Shown here in pieces: positions 32,337-40,899 of a stretch of DNA of 64,000 nt. Source of the DNA: Actinomycetes bacterium (lineage in GTDB: Bacteria; Actinomycetota; Actinomycetes; S36-B12). The translations under genes were made by a program, and so were the position numbers. Numbering within the stretch: the first letter of the stretch is position 1; every line of letters starts with the position of its first letter. The notes below the pieces were generated by a model, which saw only the letters and a list, made by a program, of their open reading frames with translations, was not told the DNA's origin and did not search any database. The stretch is taken from positions 280,654-344,653 of the forward strand of contig OZ245718.1 in assembly GCA_965227045.1 (NCBI GenBank), written 5' to 3'.

Positions 32337-33143
32337 GTGACGCCCCGCACTGTTGACCAGCTCAGCAGTGCGGGGCTTCTTCGTGTACTGGTCAACGGGC
32401 ATCCTCCCGGCCCCGACGGGCTGACTCATCCGGCCCTGATCAACTACGGGCACTACACCGCGATGCAGGTCCGCGGAGGCAGGGTTCGCGGCCTCGAGCT
32501 CCATCTGGATCGGATCGCGCGAACGCACCGAGATCTGTTCGCGAACGACATCGACCTCGACGTCGTTCGCGAGTACATGCGGGCCGCCATCGTCGACCTG
32601 CCCGACTGCTACTTGAGGACGGTGTTCTTCGAGACCGAGCCGGGAACGGTCGACGTCATGACCGTCCAGCGTCCGCCGGTCGATGCCTCGACCGAACCGG
32701 TGGCGCTGCTGCCCGTGGACTACCAACACCCGTTCGCGCACATGAAGCACATGGGCACGTTCAGCAAGATCTATCACTCCGTCGTCGCGCAGCGGACCGG
32801 GTTCGACGACGCGCTCCACACCACTGCCGACGGGTGGATATCAGAGACGACGGGCGCGAACATCGGATTCCCGGACGGCAGCAGGATCGTGTGGCCGGCG
32901 CAGCCGGCGCTCCAGGGCATCACGAAGAGCCTGCTCGAGGAGGCATGTGAACGCGAGGGAATCGAGTCGGTGAGTGAGCCGGTCAATGTCCGCGACATGT
33001 CGGAGTTCTCTGCAGCCTTCCTGAGCAATTCCGTGGGTGTCGCGCCGGTGGGACGCATCGGCGCTCAGGTTCTCGGCGACCCGGCTCCGGTCGTCGAACT
33101 GCTCACCGGACTGTATGAGTCCACGCCGTGGGATGAGATCTGA
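32337..33143 (+). CDS. class IV aminotransferase family protein (BCAT / aminodeoxychorismate lyase-like)
   Basis: GHYTAMQVRGGRVRGLELHLDRI and GITKSLL motifs typical of fold-type IV PLP enzymes. Confidence 0.7.
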   Translation: MTPRTVDQLSSAGLLRVLVNGHPPGPDGLTHPALINYGHYTAMQVRGGRVRGLELHLDRIARTHRDLFANDIDLDVVREYMRAAIVDLPDCYLRTVFFETEPGTVDVMTVQRPPVDASTEPVALLPVDYQHPFAHMKHMGTFSKIYHSVVAQRTGFDDALHTTADGWISETTGANIGFPDGSRIVWPAQPALQGITKSLLEEACEREGIESVSEPVNVRDMSEFSAAFLSNSVGVAPVGRIGAQVLGDPAPVVELLTGLYESTPWDEI

Positions 33144-33184
33144 ATACCGCCTCTGCTCAGCCCGCCCCGGATAGGTTCGGAGGC

Positions 33185-34486
33185 GTGACGAGTCGCGCGA
33201 CCACGGCATGGGTTGCAGTCGGAGTTGGGCTCCTCGCCGGGCTCACGTCGATCGCCCGCATCCTGGTCGCCAACCACGACGCACTGTCGGACCTGGTCTG
33301 GGCAGAGGACGGTCTTTTCGCACAGTGCGTGAAGATGCACGGCCCGATCTCGTGCACGGCGGAGCCGTACGCGGGCTACGTGCTCGGGCTGCCGCGGCTT
33401 GCGGCAATTCCTGTGAGCGTGTTCCCGCTCGACTCGTGGCCGCTGGTATCGAACGTCGTTGCTGCGCTGCTCGCGGCCCTGCTCGCGGCTCTCGTGGTCG
33501 TGATCTTGAGGGCGGCGGGATGCGGATGGGTGGTCTCCGGTCTCGTCGCGATGCTGCCGACGATCCTGCCGTTGATGGGCATCGAGGCGATCAACTCGAC
33601 GGCCAACAGCTACATGGTGATCCCGTTCGTCGCTGCGCTCGCGATCAGCCTGCCCCCGGTGGGTCGATTCCCCACCGTTGCGGTCGCCCTCCTGCTCTTC
33701 CTCGCTGAGATGAGCAACCCGGTCACGGCCGTACTTCTCGTCATCGTGGTCGTCCACGGCATCAGGGGACGGATCCCGCGGTCCGGAGCGATCGCCTCGG
33801 CGGCCGCGCTGCTGATCGGACTGGTTCTTCAGGGCATAGCGGCGGTGACCGCAGCGAACCCGCGCAAGATCGTCTGGAGCCTGGACTCGGTTCGGGAGTG
33901 GGCGGGAACGGCGCCGAGTGCAGTACTCACGTTCTGGCGAGGCAACCCCGGCCTCGCCGAGGACGGATCCTTGGCGTCCATCCTGCAGACCGGATGGGTC
34001 TCGACCCTCGGGCTGGTCCTGTCGATCGTGCTGGTGGCCGTTGCCGTCGCGTTGCTGCTTCCGCGGTTCTCACCATTCGCGAACGGCATCGGCATGCTGC
34101 TGCTCCTGGGGATTGCGATGGGCGTGCTGCCGGCTGTCGCGGGCGAGCCGAACAACCGCTACTTCGTGGCTGCGGCACTCGCGTGGACCGCAGCCGCGCT
34201 CATCGCCCTCGATCGCTGGCTGCCTGCTCGGCGCGAGCTGATCATGGGCCTTGTCGCGGTCGTAGTAATCGTCCTGAGCATCCCCGGATTCGAGGCATCG
34301 GCGTTCCGAACGTTCGCCGCTCCGTTATGGCCTGACATGCTCGCGGGCGAGCGCGCGAACTGCGCCGTATCGCCCGACGGCGGAGTGAAGCTGATGTTCA
34401 CGCCGACGTGGCCGTATCCCGACAACGTGCTAACGGGTCCGACGAGCAACGCAGTTGAGTGCTCGCAACTCGTCGGCTGGGGCTAG
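33185..34486 (+). CDS. polytopic membrane protein of unknown function
   Basis: 433 aa with more than 10 hydrophobic helices. No motif I can name. Confidence 0.5.
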   Translation: MTSRATTAWVAVGVGLLAGLTSIARILVANHDALSDLVWAEDGLFAQCVKMHGPISCTAEPYAGYVLGLPRLAAIPVSVFPLDSWPLVSNVVAALLAALLAALVVVILRAAGCGWVVSGLVAMLPTILPLMGIEAINSTANSYMVIPFVAALAISLPPVGRFPTVAVALLLFLAEMSNPVTAVLLVIVVVHGIRGRIPRSGAIASAAALLIGLVLQGIAAVTAANPRKIVWSLDSVREWAGTAPSAVLTFWRGNPGLAEDGSLASILQTGWVSTLGLVLSIVLVAVAVALLLPRFSPFANGIGMLLLLGIAMGVLPAVAGEPNNRYFVAAALAWTAAALIALDRWLPARRELIMGLVAVVVIVLSIPGFEASAFRTFAAPLWPDMLAGERANCAVSPDGGVKLMFTPTWPYPDNVLTGPTSNAVECSQLVGWG

Positions 34487-34529
34487 GACGGGGTTGGGTC
34501 CTTGCCGACGTGAGAATCGGAGGCGGACG

Positions 34530-35162
34530 CTAGCTGATCGTCAGCTTGTAGATGAAGATCTCCCTGTCGCCTTCGACACGGCGATCTCCGGCGCGCCGGT
34601 CGATGTTGCACGGCTTGCCGGGCGCCCAAGAACATGAGCCGGGAACGTCAGCCGAGAACGTATTGCCATTGACGCCGGTGAGCAGCACGCGGCCAACGCA
34701 TTCGCCATCCAGCACCCTGAAGTAGCCCTGGCCGCCACCCCGTGCCGCATTCAGGCTGCCGCTGGCGCAGCCGCCCGGTTCCGCCACTATGTCGTGGCTT
34801 TGCGAGTTATTCGTGACGTCGTACTGAATGACTATCTGGTGTTGTGAGACGCCTGCTTGGAGTTCATCCTTGCCCGCTCCGCCGCTCAGACGGTCGTCGC
34901 CGTGGCCGCCGACGATGAGGTCATCACCGCGACCTCCACGTATGACGTCATCACCATCGAGGCCAAGCAAGACGTCATCGCCACCGAGGCCGCAGACGAC
35001 GTCATCGCCACTCGTGCCCTGCAGGAAGTCGTCGCCATTGGTACCAACGATCGTGCACTTCTGCTTGGCCAGAGGCGCGGCAGACGCGGCACTCACAGAG
35101 CCGAGCCCTGCCAGCACGACCACACCAGAGATTGCAAACATCAGCGAGCGCGAGCGAGACAA
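34530..35162 (-). CDS. secreted calcium-binding protein with RTX-type nonapeptide repeats
   Basis: Signal peptide followed by about 6 tandem GxxGxDxhx repeats (GTSGDDVV CGLGGDDVL LGLDGDDVI...), encoded at 34863..35045. Confidence 0.65.
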   Translation of the reverse strand: MSRSRSLMFAISGVVVLAGLGSVSAASAAPLAKQKCTIVGTNGDDFLQGTSGDDVVCGLGGDDVLLGLDGDDVIRGGRGDDLIVGGHGDDRLSGGAGKDELQAGVSQHQIVIQYDVTNNSQSHDIVAEPGGCASGSLNAARGGGQGYFRVLDGECVGRVLLTGVNGNTFSADVPGSCSWAPGKPCNIDRRAGDRRVEGDREIFIYKLTIS

Positions 35163-35260
35163 CTTTCCCCCTCAAAGAGCCGGCAGTCGGCCACGGGAGG
35201 GATTATGCCCGCGCGAGACGGTTTTCAAACTCGTGAGTGCCATTCGCGTACGCTTCGCGG

Positions 35261-36685
35261 GTGAGTCGCACCTATCAGGTCCGCACCTACGGGTGCCAGA
35301 TGAACGTCCACGACTCCGAACGCCTCAGTGGTCTTCTCGAGGACGCGGGCTATCTCGCGGCTCCGGAGGGCGAGGAAGCCGACGTCGTCGTCTTCAACAC
35401 GTGCGCGGTCCGCGAGAACGCCGACAACCGCCTGTACGGCAACCTCAGCCACCTCGTCCCCGTCAAGGCGGGACATCCTGGAATGCAGATCGCGGTCGGC
35501 GGATGCCTCGCGCAGAAGGACCGAGGGGAGATCCTCGCTAAGGCGCCGTGGGTCGATGTGGTCTTCGGTACCCACAACATCGGATCGCTGCCGGTCCTCC
35601 TCGAGCGCGCGCGCATCGAGCAGGAGGCGCAGGTCGAGATCCTCGAAGCGCTGGAGACCTTCCCGTCGAACCTGCCCACTCGCCGCGACAGCGCGTACTC
35701 CGCGTGGGTGTCGGTCAGCGTCGGGTGCAACAACACGTGCACGTTCTGCATCGTGCCCGCGCTGCGCGGCAAGGAGAAGGACCGTCGGCCAGGCGACATC
35801 CTCAAGGAGATCGAGACACTCGTCGACGAGGGCGTCCTGGAGATCACGCTGCTCGGCCAGAACGTCAATGCGTACGGCTCGGAGTTCGGCGACCGTCAGG
35901 CGTTCTCGAACCTGCTTCGCGCGTGCGGGGGAATCGACGGGCTCGAGCGCGTGCGATTCACCAGTCCCCATCCACGCGACTTCACCGACGACGTCATCGC
36001 CGCGATGGCCGAGACGCCGAACGTGATGCCGCAGCTGCATATGCCGCTGCAATCAGGATCCGATGACGTGCTGCAGCGCATGCGTCGCTCGTATCGCCAG
36101 GAGCGCTATCTCGGCATCATCGCCAACGTGCGTGCCTCGCTCCCGGACGCGGCGATCACGACAGACATCATCGTGGGATTCCCCGGCGAGACCGAGCGCG
36201 ACTTCCTCGACACGATGCACGTCGTGCGCGAGGCTCGCTTCGCCGGCGCCTACACATTCCAGTACTCCAAGCGACCAGGCACGCCAGCCGCGACGATGCC
36301 CGATCAGATCCCGCGCGAGGTCGTGCAGGAGCGCTACCTGCGGCTCGTCGAGCTCGCCAACGACATCGCGTGGGAGGAGAACCTCACGCAGGTCGGACGG
36401 ACTGTCGACGTCCTCATCGCCAACGGCGAGGGACGCAAGGACGAGGCGACGGAGCGGCTGTCCGGACGCGCTCCTGACAATCGGCTCGTGCACGTCGCCG
36501 TCGATCCGTCTGTGGGCATTCCGCGTCCCGGTGACATCGTCACTGCGGAGATCACGTATGCGGCTCCTCATCACCTTGTCGCCGATCGCGTCCTCGCGCT
36601 GCGCCGCACGCGTGCGGGCGATGTCTCAGATCGAGCCCCCGAGCCGGCTGGCGTACTGCTCGGCATGCCCGTCGTCCGTTCCTGA
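35261..36685 (+). CDS. miaB: tRNA-2-methylthio-N6-dimethylallyladenosine synthase
   Basis: [12 protein letters not shown]-terminus and radical-SAM CNNTCTFC motif. GTG 35261. Confidence 0.92.
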   Translation: MSRTYQVRTYGCQMNVHDSERLSGLLEDAGYLAAPEGEEADVVVFNTCAVRENADNRLYGNLSHLVPVKAGHPGMQIAVGGCLAQKDRGEILAKAPWVDVVFGTHNIGSLPVLLERARIEQEAQVEILEALETFPSNLPTRRDSAYSAWVSVSVGCNNTCTFCIVPALRGKEKDRRPGDILKEIETLVDEGVLEITLLGQNVNAYGSEFGDRQAFSNLLRACGGIDGLERVRFTSPHPRDFTDDVIAAMAETPNVMPQLHMPLQSGSDDVLQRMRRSYRQERYLGIIANVRASLPDAAITTDIIVGFPGETERDFLDTMHVVREARFAGAYTFQYSKRPGTPAATMPDQIPREVVQERYLRLVELANDIAWEENLTQVGRTVDVLIANGEGRKDEATERLSGRAPDNRLVHVAVDPSVGIPRPGDIVTAEITYAAPHHLVADRVLALRRTRAGDVSDRAPEPAGVLLGMPVVRS

Positions 36686-36688
36686 TCG

Positions 36689-37597
36689 ATGCGCGTCCTT
36701 GCCCTCGTCGGTCCTACCGCGTCGGGGAAGTCCGCCCTCGCTGTGGCGGTCGCACACGCGATGGGCGCACCGGCAGAGATCGTCAGCACGGACTCGATGC
36801 AGGTCTATCGCGGGATGGACATCGGCACCGCGACGCCGACAGTTGAGGAACGCGGCGGGATCCCGCATCACCTGCTCGACGAGTGGGAGCCCTCGCACCT
36901 CGTCACTGTCGCGGAGTTCCAGGAGCACGCTCGGCGCAGCATCGACGACATCCGCAAACGCGGTGCCGTGCCGATCGTCGTCGGCGGCAGCGGCCTGTAC
37001 GTGTCGGCTGTGCTCGACGACCTGAGCTTCCCCGGCACGGAGCCTGCGGTTCGCGCGCGACTCGAGGCCGACCTCGAGGAGGTCGGCGCCGTTGCGATGC
37101 ACGAGCGCTTGCGCGAGGTCGATCCCGCCGCCGCGGAGGCGATCCTGCCGACGAACGGCCGCCGGGTCGTTCGCGCCCTCGAGGTCGTCGAGCTCACGGG
37201 CGAGCCCTTCGTCGCGCGCCTGCCTGAGCCGGTCGGCGTTTACCCCGCCGCGCGAATCGGTCTGGAGATTCCGCGCGACGAGATGGACGCACGAATCGCA
37301 CAGCGCGTGGACCGGATGTGGGCCGACGGGTTCGTCGACGAGGTGCGCGGGCTGCAGGGCCTGGCGGATGCCCCGACGGCGTCACGTGCGCTGGGCTACC
37401 AGCAGGTGCTCGCGTTCCTCGACGGGACCTGCACGGAGGACCAGGCTCGGCAGGACACGATCGACGCAACCAAGAAGTTCGCGCGGCGCCAGCAGCGGTG
37501 GTTCCGGCGGGACCCGCGAATCGAGTGGATTCCCTACGACTCGTCGACCGCAGTTGAAGACGTCCTGGCCGCCTGGGGGTCGGACACCGACACGTAG
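36689..37597 (+). CDS. miaA: tRNA dimethylallyltransferase
   Basis: GPTASGKS P-loop, directly after miaB. Confidence 0.92.
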   Translation: MRVLALVGPTASGKSALAVAVAHAMGAPAEIVSTDSMQVYRGMDIGTATPTVEERGGIPHHLLDEWEPSHLVTVAEFQEHARRSIDDIRKRGAVPIVVGGSGLYVSAVLDDLSFPGTEPAVRARLEADLEEVGAVAMHERLREVDPAAAEAILPTNGRRVVRALEVVELTGEPFVARLPEPVGVYPAARIGLEIPRDEMDARIAQRVDRMWADGFVDEVRGLQGLADAPTASRALGYQQVLAFLDGTCTEDQARQDTIDATKKFARRQQRWFRRDPRIEWIPYDSSTAVEDVLAAWGSDTDT

Positions 37598-38337
37598 TAC
37601 TCGGTGCCGAGCAGGATCTTCTGCACGGGCGACGGCAGCTTTGTCAGCACGGCGAGGGTGCGCACCGTTCCATCCGCGCTCGCCTGCGATGCATGCGCTC
37701 GCAGTGCGGCGCGCTTGGCAGGAAGGTACTTGCGGACGTCGACGCGATGGGTGATCTCCGCGCGCGGGGTCCATGCCGCGTCGAACTCGGCTGGTGAGAA
37801 GTCTGACGGCGTCGCGCGGACCGCTGCTGCGGCATGCACAGCGCGAGCGATCGGCTCGCGGGGGAGCGTGGCCTCGAACAGTCGCGGAGGCCTCGTGCAC
37901 AGCACGCTCGCCAGGCGCACCGAGCGATGCACCTGCAGGTGGTCCGGATGGCCGTACCCGCCCGAGGGGTCGTAGCCGACGAGCACGTCGGCGTTCTCCT
38001 CGTTGCAGACGGCAGCGATCTGCTTGCCGATGGTGAACTTCCCCGCGTGCGCGAAGCCGCCCTCGACCTCCCCGTGGAGGCCCGAGTCGGGGTAGCCCAG
38101 GGACACCACGCGCGCCACGTTCAGTGCGGCCGCGGACTCCGCAACCTCCGACATGCGCGTCGAGCCGAGATTGGCCGCGTACTGCGACGAGGCGAGCCCG
38201 GCCGATCCGTCGGTGGCCACGATCAGCACGACGCGATGGCCCTCGGCCGCGGCGCGGGCCATCGTTCCGGCCGTCAGCAGCGCCTCGTCGTCGGGATGGG
38301 CATGGACGAAAACGAGGGTGCGGGGCGCGGCTGTCAT
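37534..38337 (-). CDS. PIG-L family deacetylase
   Basis: VHAHPDDEAL motif. ATG at 38337. Confidence 0.8.
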   Translation of the reverse strand: MTAAPRTLVFVHAHPDDEALLTAGTMARAAAEGHRVVLIVATDGSAGLASSQYAANLGSTRMSEVAESAAALNVARVVSLGYPDSGLHGEVEGGFAHAGKFTIGKQIAAVCNEENADVLVGYDPSGGYGHPDHLQVHRSVRLASVLCTRPPRLFEATLPREPIARAVHAAAAVRATPSDFSPAEFDAAWTPRAEITHRVDVRKYLPAKRAALRAHASQASADGTVRTLAVLTKLPSPVQKILLGTEYYVSVSDPQAARTSSTAVDES

Positions 38338-38423
38338 GGTCCGCACATTGTGCCGTCCGCGTGCTCGGCTTTGCCATCGGCGTTGGCGTTTGCGACACTT
38401 GCTTCCTGAGCCCCTCAAGGCTC

Positions 38424-38465
38424 CCGGACGAGCGGTGCCGTACCCGGAATGCGACAAGACGGCGC
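38424..38465 (+). promoter_or_regulatory. guanidine-III riboswitch (ykkC-III motif)
   Basis: CCGGACGAGCGGUGCCGUACCCGGAAUGCGACAAGACGGCGC matches the conserved CCGGACGAG...GCCGUACCCGG...ACAAGACGGCGC pseudoknot blocks. It lies 13 nt before the sugE ATG. Confidence 0.8.
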
Positions 38466-38478
38466 TCTAGGGGATGTC

Positions 38479-38793
38479 ATGTCGTGGCTCATTCTCATTT
38501 TGTCCGGGTGCCTTGAAGCGGTCTGGGCGACCTCGCTCGGCCTGTCCAAGGGCTTCAGTCGGCTCATTCCGACGGTCGTCTTCGTCCTCGCGCTGCTCGC
38601 GAGCATGGGCGGACTCGCCTTCGCCATGCGCGATCTGCCCGTAGGCACGGCGTATGCCGTGTGGGTGGGCATCGGGGCCGTCCTCACCGTCGCCTACGCG
38701 ATGGCGACGGGTGCCGAATCGGTTTCGGTCCTCAAGATCGTGTTTCTGTTCGGCATCGTCGCCTGCGTCGTCGGGCTCAAGGTGACGCACTAG
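38479..38793 (+). CDS. sugE: SMR family guanidinium exporter (SugE/Gdx)
   Basis: 104 aa with 4 TM helices and the conserved Glu in TM1 (GCLEAVWA). Confidence 0.88.
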   Translation: MSWLILILSGCLEAVWATSLGLSKGFSRLIPTVVFVLALLASMGGLAFAMRDLPVGTAYAVWVGIGAVLTVAYAMATGAESVSVLKIVFLFGIVACVVGLKVTH

Positions 38794-38804
38794 CGTTGCC
38801 CGTC

Positions 38805-39932
38805 GTGAGGATCGCCCACGTCAGCGACTGCTACGCGCCGCGTACCGGCGGCATCGAGATGCAGGTTGCCGGACTCGCGGCCCATCAGCTCGCTGCGGGC
38901 GACGAGGTGCGGGTCATCACGGCAACTCCCGGTCGCGGTGACGTGTTCGCTGGAGACGACGTGGTCGACGGCGTGACAGTCCATCGCGTCGCTGCCCACA
39001 TCCCGTTCGAACTTCCGGTGCACCCGCGGACCGGTCGCGAGGTCGGTGCGTTGCTCGACGCCCATCCGGTTGACGTCGTGCACGTGCACGCGGGCGTCGT
39101 GTCGCCGTTCGCGTGGAGCTCGATCCGCGCGGCCCGCAAGCGTGGCATCCCGACCCTCGTCACGATCCACAGCGTCTGGGGTCCGATCGCCGGCCCCGGA
39201 TTCGCGGCATCCGACGCGCTTCTTCGGTGGTCCCGCTGGGGCGCAACTCTCAGCGCCGTCAGCTCGGTCGCAGCCCGTCGCATCGCAGGATCGGTTTCGG
39301 GTGCGGGCGAGGTGCTCGTCGTACCCAATGGCATCGACCCTGCAGCGTGGACGATCACGCCTTCGGCCGCTGATCCGACTCGTCTGCGGCTGGCGAGCGT
39401 CATGCGCATGGCGCCGCGCAAGCGCACCCAGCCGCTCGTGCGCATCATCGAGGCCGCCGCAGTCCAGTTGCGCGGCGACGTCGCCGTCAGTGCCGTTCTC
39501 GTAGGCGACGGACCCGAGCGATCGCGCGCCGAGCGGTATGTGCGTGAGAACGGACTGCAGTCGACGATCACATTCGCCGGCCGCCTGGACAGCGATGGCA
39601 TCAAGGGCGTGTTCGCGAACTCGGATGTCTACGTGCAGCCCTCGATCAAGGAGTCCTTCGGGCTCGCTGCGCTCGAGGCCCGCACCGCAGGAATCCCGGT
39701 GGTCGCGCGGTCCCAGACGGGGACGACCGAGTTCATCCGCGATGGCGTGCAGGGGCTGCTCGCCGACGACGATCGCGGCATGGTGCGTGCCATCGCCCGC
39801 CTGGGACGGGACCGCAACCTGCTCGACCGGATCGCGGAGGTCAACCGCACGACCACGCCCGACGAGGCCTGGCCCTCGGTGATTGCCACGGTCGCCGAGG
39901 CCTACCGGCGCTCGGGAGCCACGGCGGGCTGA
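38805..39932 (+). CDS. glycosyltransferase family 4 protein
   Basis: VRIAHVSDCYAPRTGG N-terminus and ESFGLAALEARTAGIPVV (EX7E). GTG 38805. Confidence 0.8.
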   Translation: MRIAHVSDCYAPRTGGIEMQVAGLAAHQLAAGDEVRVITATPGRGDVFAGDDVVDGVTVHRVAAHIPFELPVHPRTGREVGALLDAHPVDVVHVHAGVVSPFAWSSIRAARKRGIPTLVTIHSVWGPIAGPGFAASDALLRWSRWGATLSAVSSVAARRIAGSVSGAGEVLVVPNGIDPAAWTITPSAADPTRLRLASVMRMAPRKRTQPLVRIIEAAAVQLRGDVAVSAVLVGDGPERSRAERYVRENGLQSTITFAGRLDSDGIKGVFANSDVYVQPSIKESFGLAALEARTAGIPVVARSQTGTTEFIRDGVQGLLADDDRGMVRAIARLGRDRNLLDRIAEVNRTTTPDEAWPSVIATVAEAYRRSGATAG

Positions 39933-39956
39933 CCACCGGGAGATAGAGTCACCCAA

Positions 39957-40811
39957 ATGGCCCGCCTCAATGAACTGCCCTTCGTCAAGGGCCACGGCAC
40001 CGGAAATGACTTCGTGGTGATCCCCGATGTCGATGGGCGCCTTGATCTGACCGCCGAGCAGGTGCGCTGGATCGCCGATCGCCACATCGGTATCGGAGCC
40101 GACGGTGTGCTCCGCGTCGTACGCACCGAGCACGTGCCTGAGTTCGCCGAGTTCGCGCAGGTGGCCGAGTTCTTCATGGACCACCGCAACGCCGACGGGT
40201 CGCTCGCCGAGATGTGCGGCAACGGGGCACGCGTGTTCGTCAGGTACCTCGACGCGACCGGCCTCGTCACCGACAACGACATCGTCATCGCGACGCGTGG
40301 CGGCCTGCGCAGCGTCACGATCAACCAGGACCGCACGATCACGATCGACATGGGCATCGCGACGACTCCGCGCGGCAAGGCCTCGCCGGTCGTGACGGTC
40401 GGAGACCGCAGTTGGCCCGCCACCGCCGTCTACATGCCCAACCCGCACGCGGTCGCGTTCGTCGAGGACCTCGCCGATGCGGGCGACCTGCGCACCGCGC
40501 CGGAGGTCACCCCGGGCGATGTGTTCCCCGACGGCGTCAACGTCGAGTTCGTCACCGAGCTGGGCGAGCGCCACGTGGCACTGCGGGTGCACGAGCGCGG
40601 CGTCGGCGAGACCCTGTCCTGCGGCACCGGCGCCTGCGCGGTCGCGTGGGCGGCCCGTCGTCGCTCCGAGCCCGATCTCGTCGGCGAGTCCGTGTGGCAG
40701 GTCGACGTTCCCGGCGGCACCGTCAACGTGACCGAGACCGCGTCTGGCGCGATGCTGCTGAACGGCTCGGCCGACCTCGTCGCCCGCGGCACCGTCCTCC
40801 TCCCGCTCTAA
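39957..40811 (+). CDS. dapF: diaminopimelate epimerase
   Basis: KGHGTGNDFVV N-terminus and two catalytic Cys (MCGNGAR, SCGTGA). Confidence 0.92.
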   Translation: MARLNELPFVKGHGTGNDFVVIPDVDGRLDLTAEQVRWIADRHIGIGADGVLRVVRTEHVPEFAEFAQVAEFFMDHRNADGSLAEMCGNGARVFVRYLDATGLVTDNDIVIATRGGLRSVTINQDRTITIDMGIATTPRGKASPVVTVGDRSWPATAVYMPNPHAVAFVEDLADAGDLRTAPEVTPGDVFPDGVNVEFVTELGERHVALRVHERGVGETLSCGTGACAVAWAARRRSEPDLVGESVWQVDVPGGTVNVTETASGAMLLNGSADLVARGTVLLPL

Positions 40812-40819
40812 CCCCTCCC

Positions 40820-40880
40820 GCCGACCCTGAGGTTCCGCCCAGTTTTCGGCGCCGGAAGTGGGCGGAACCTCAAGGTCGGC
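40820..40880. repeat. family-A palindromic element copy 2 (22-bp arms, 1 mismatch, 17-nt loop)
   Basis: gccgaccctgaggttccgccca / tgggcggaacctcaaggtcggc. Flanks (cc-rich left, GWGGGAGRGG right) are also shared with the copy at 1793..1853. Confidence 0.85.
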
Positions 40881-40899
40881 GTGGGAGAGGATGGTGACC

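Noticed and set aside
34857-35264. Plus-strand ORFs (34828..35541, 34857..35264) and 27-nt DNA periodicity opposite the RTX-like gene.
   Set aside because: The periodicity is fully explained by the nonapeptide repeats of the minus-strand gene, and the plus-strand frames are shadows.
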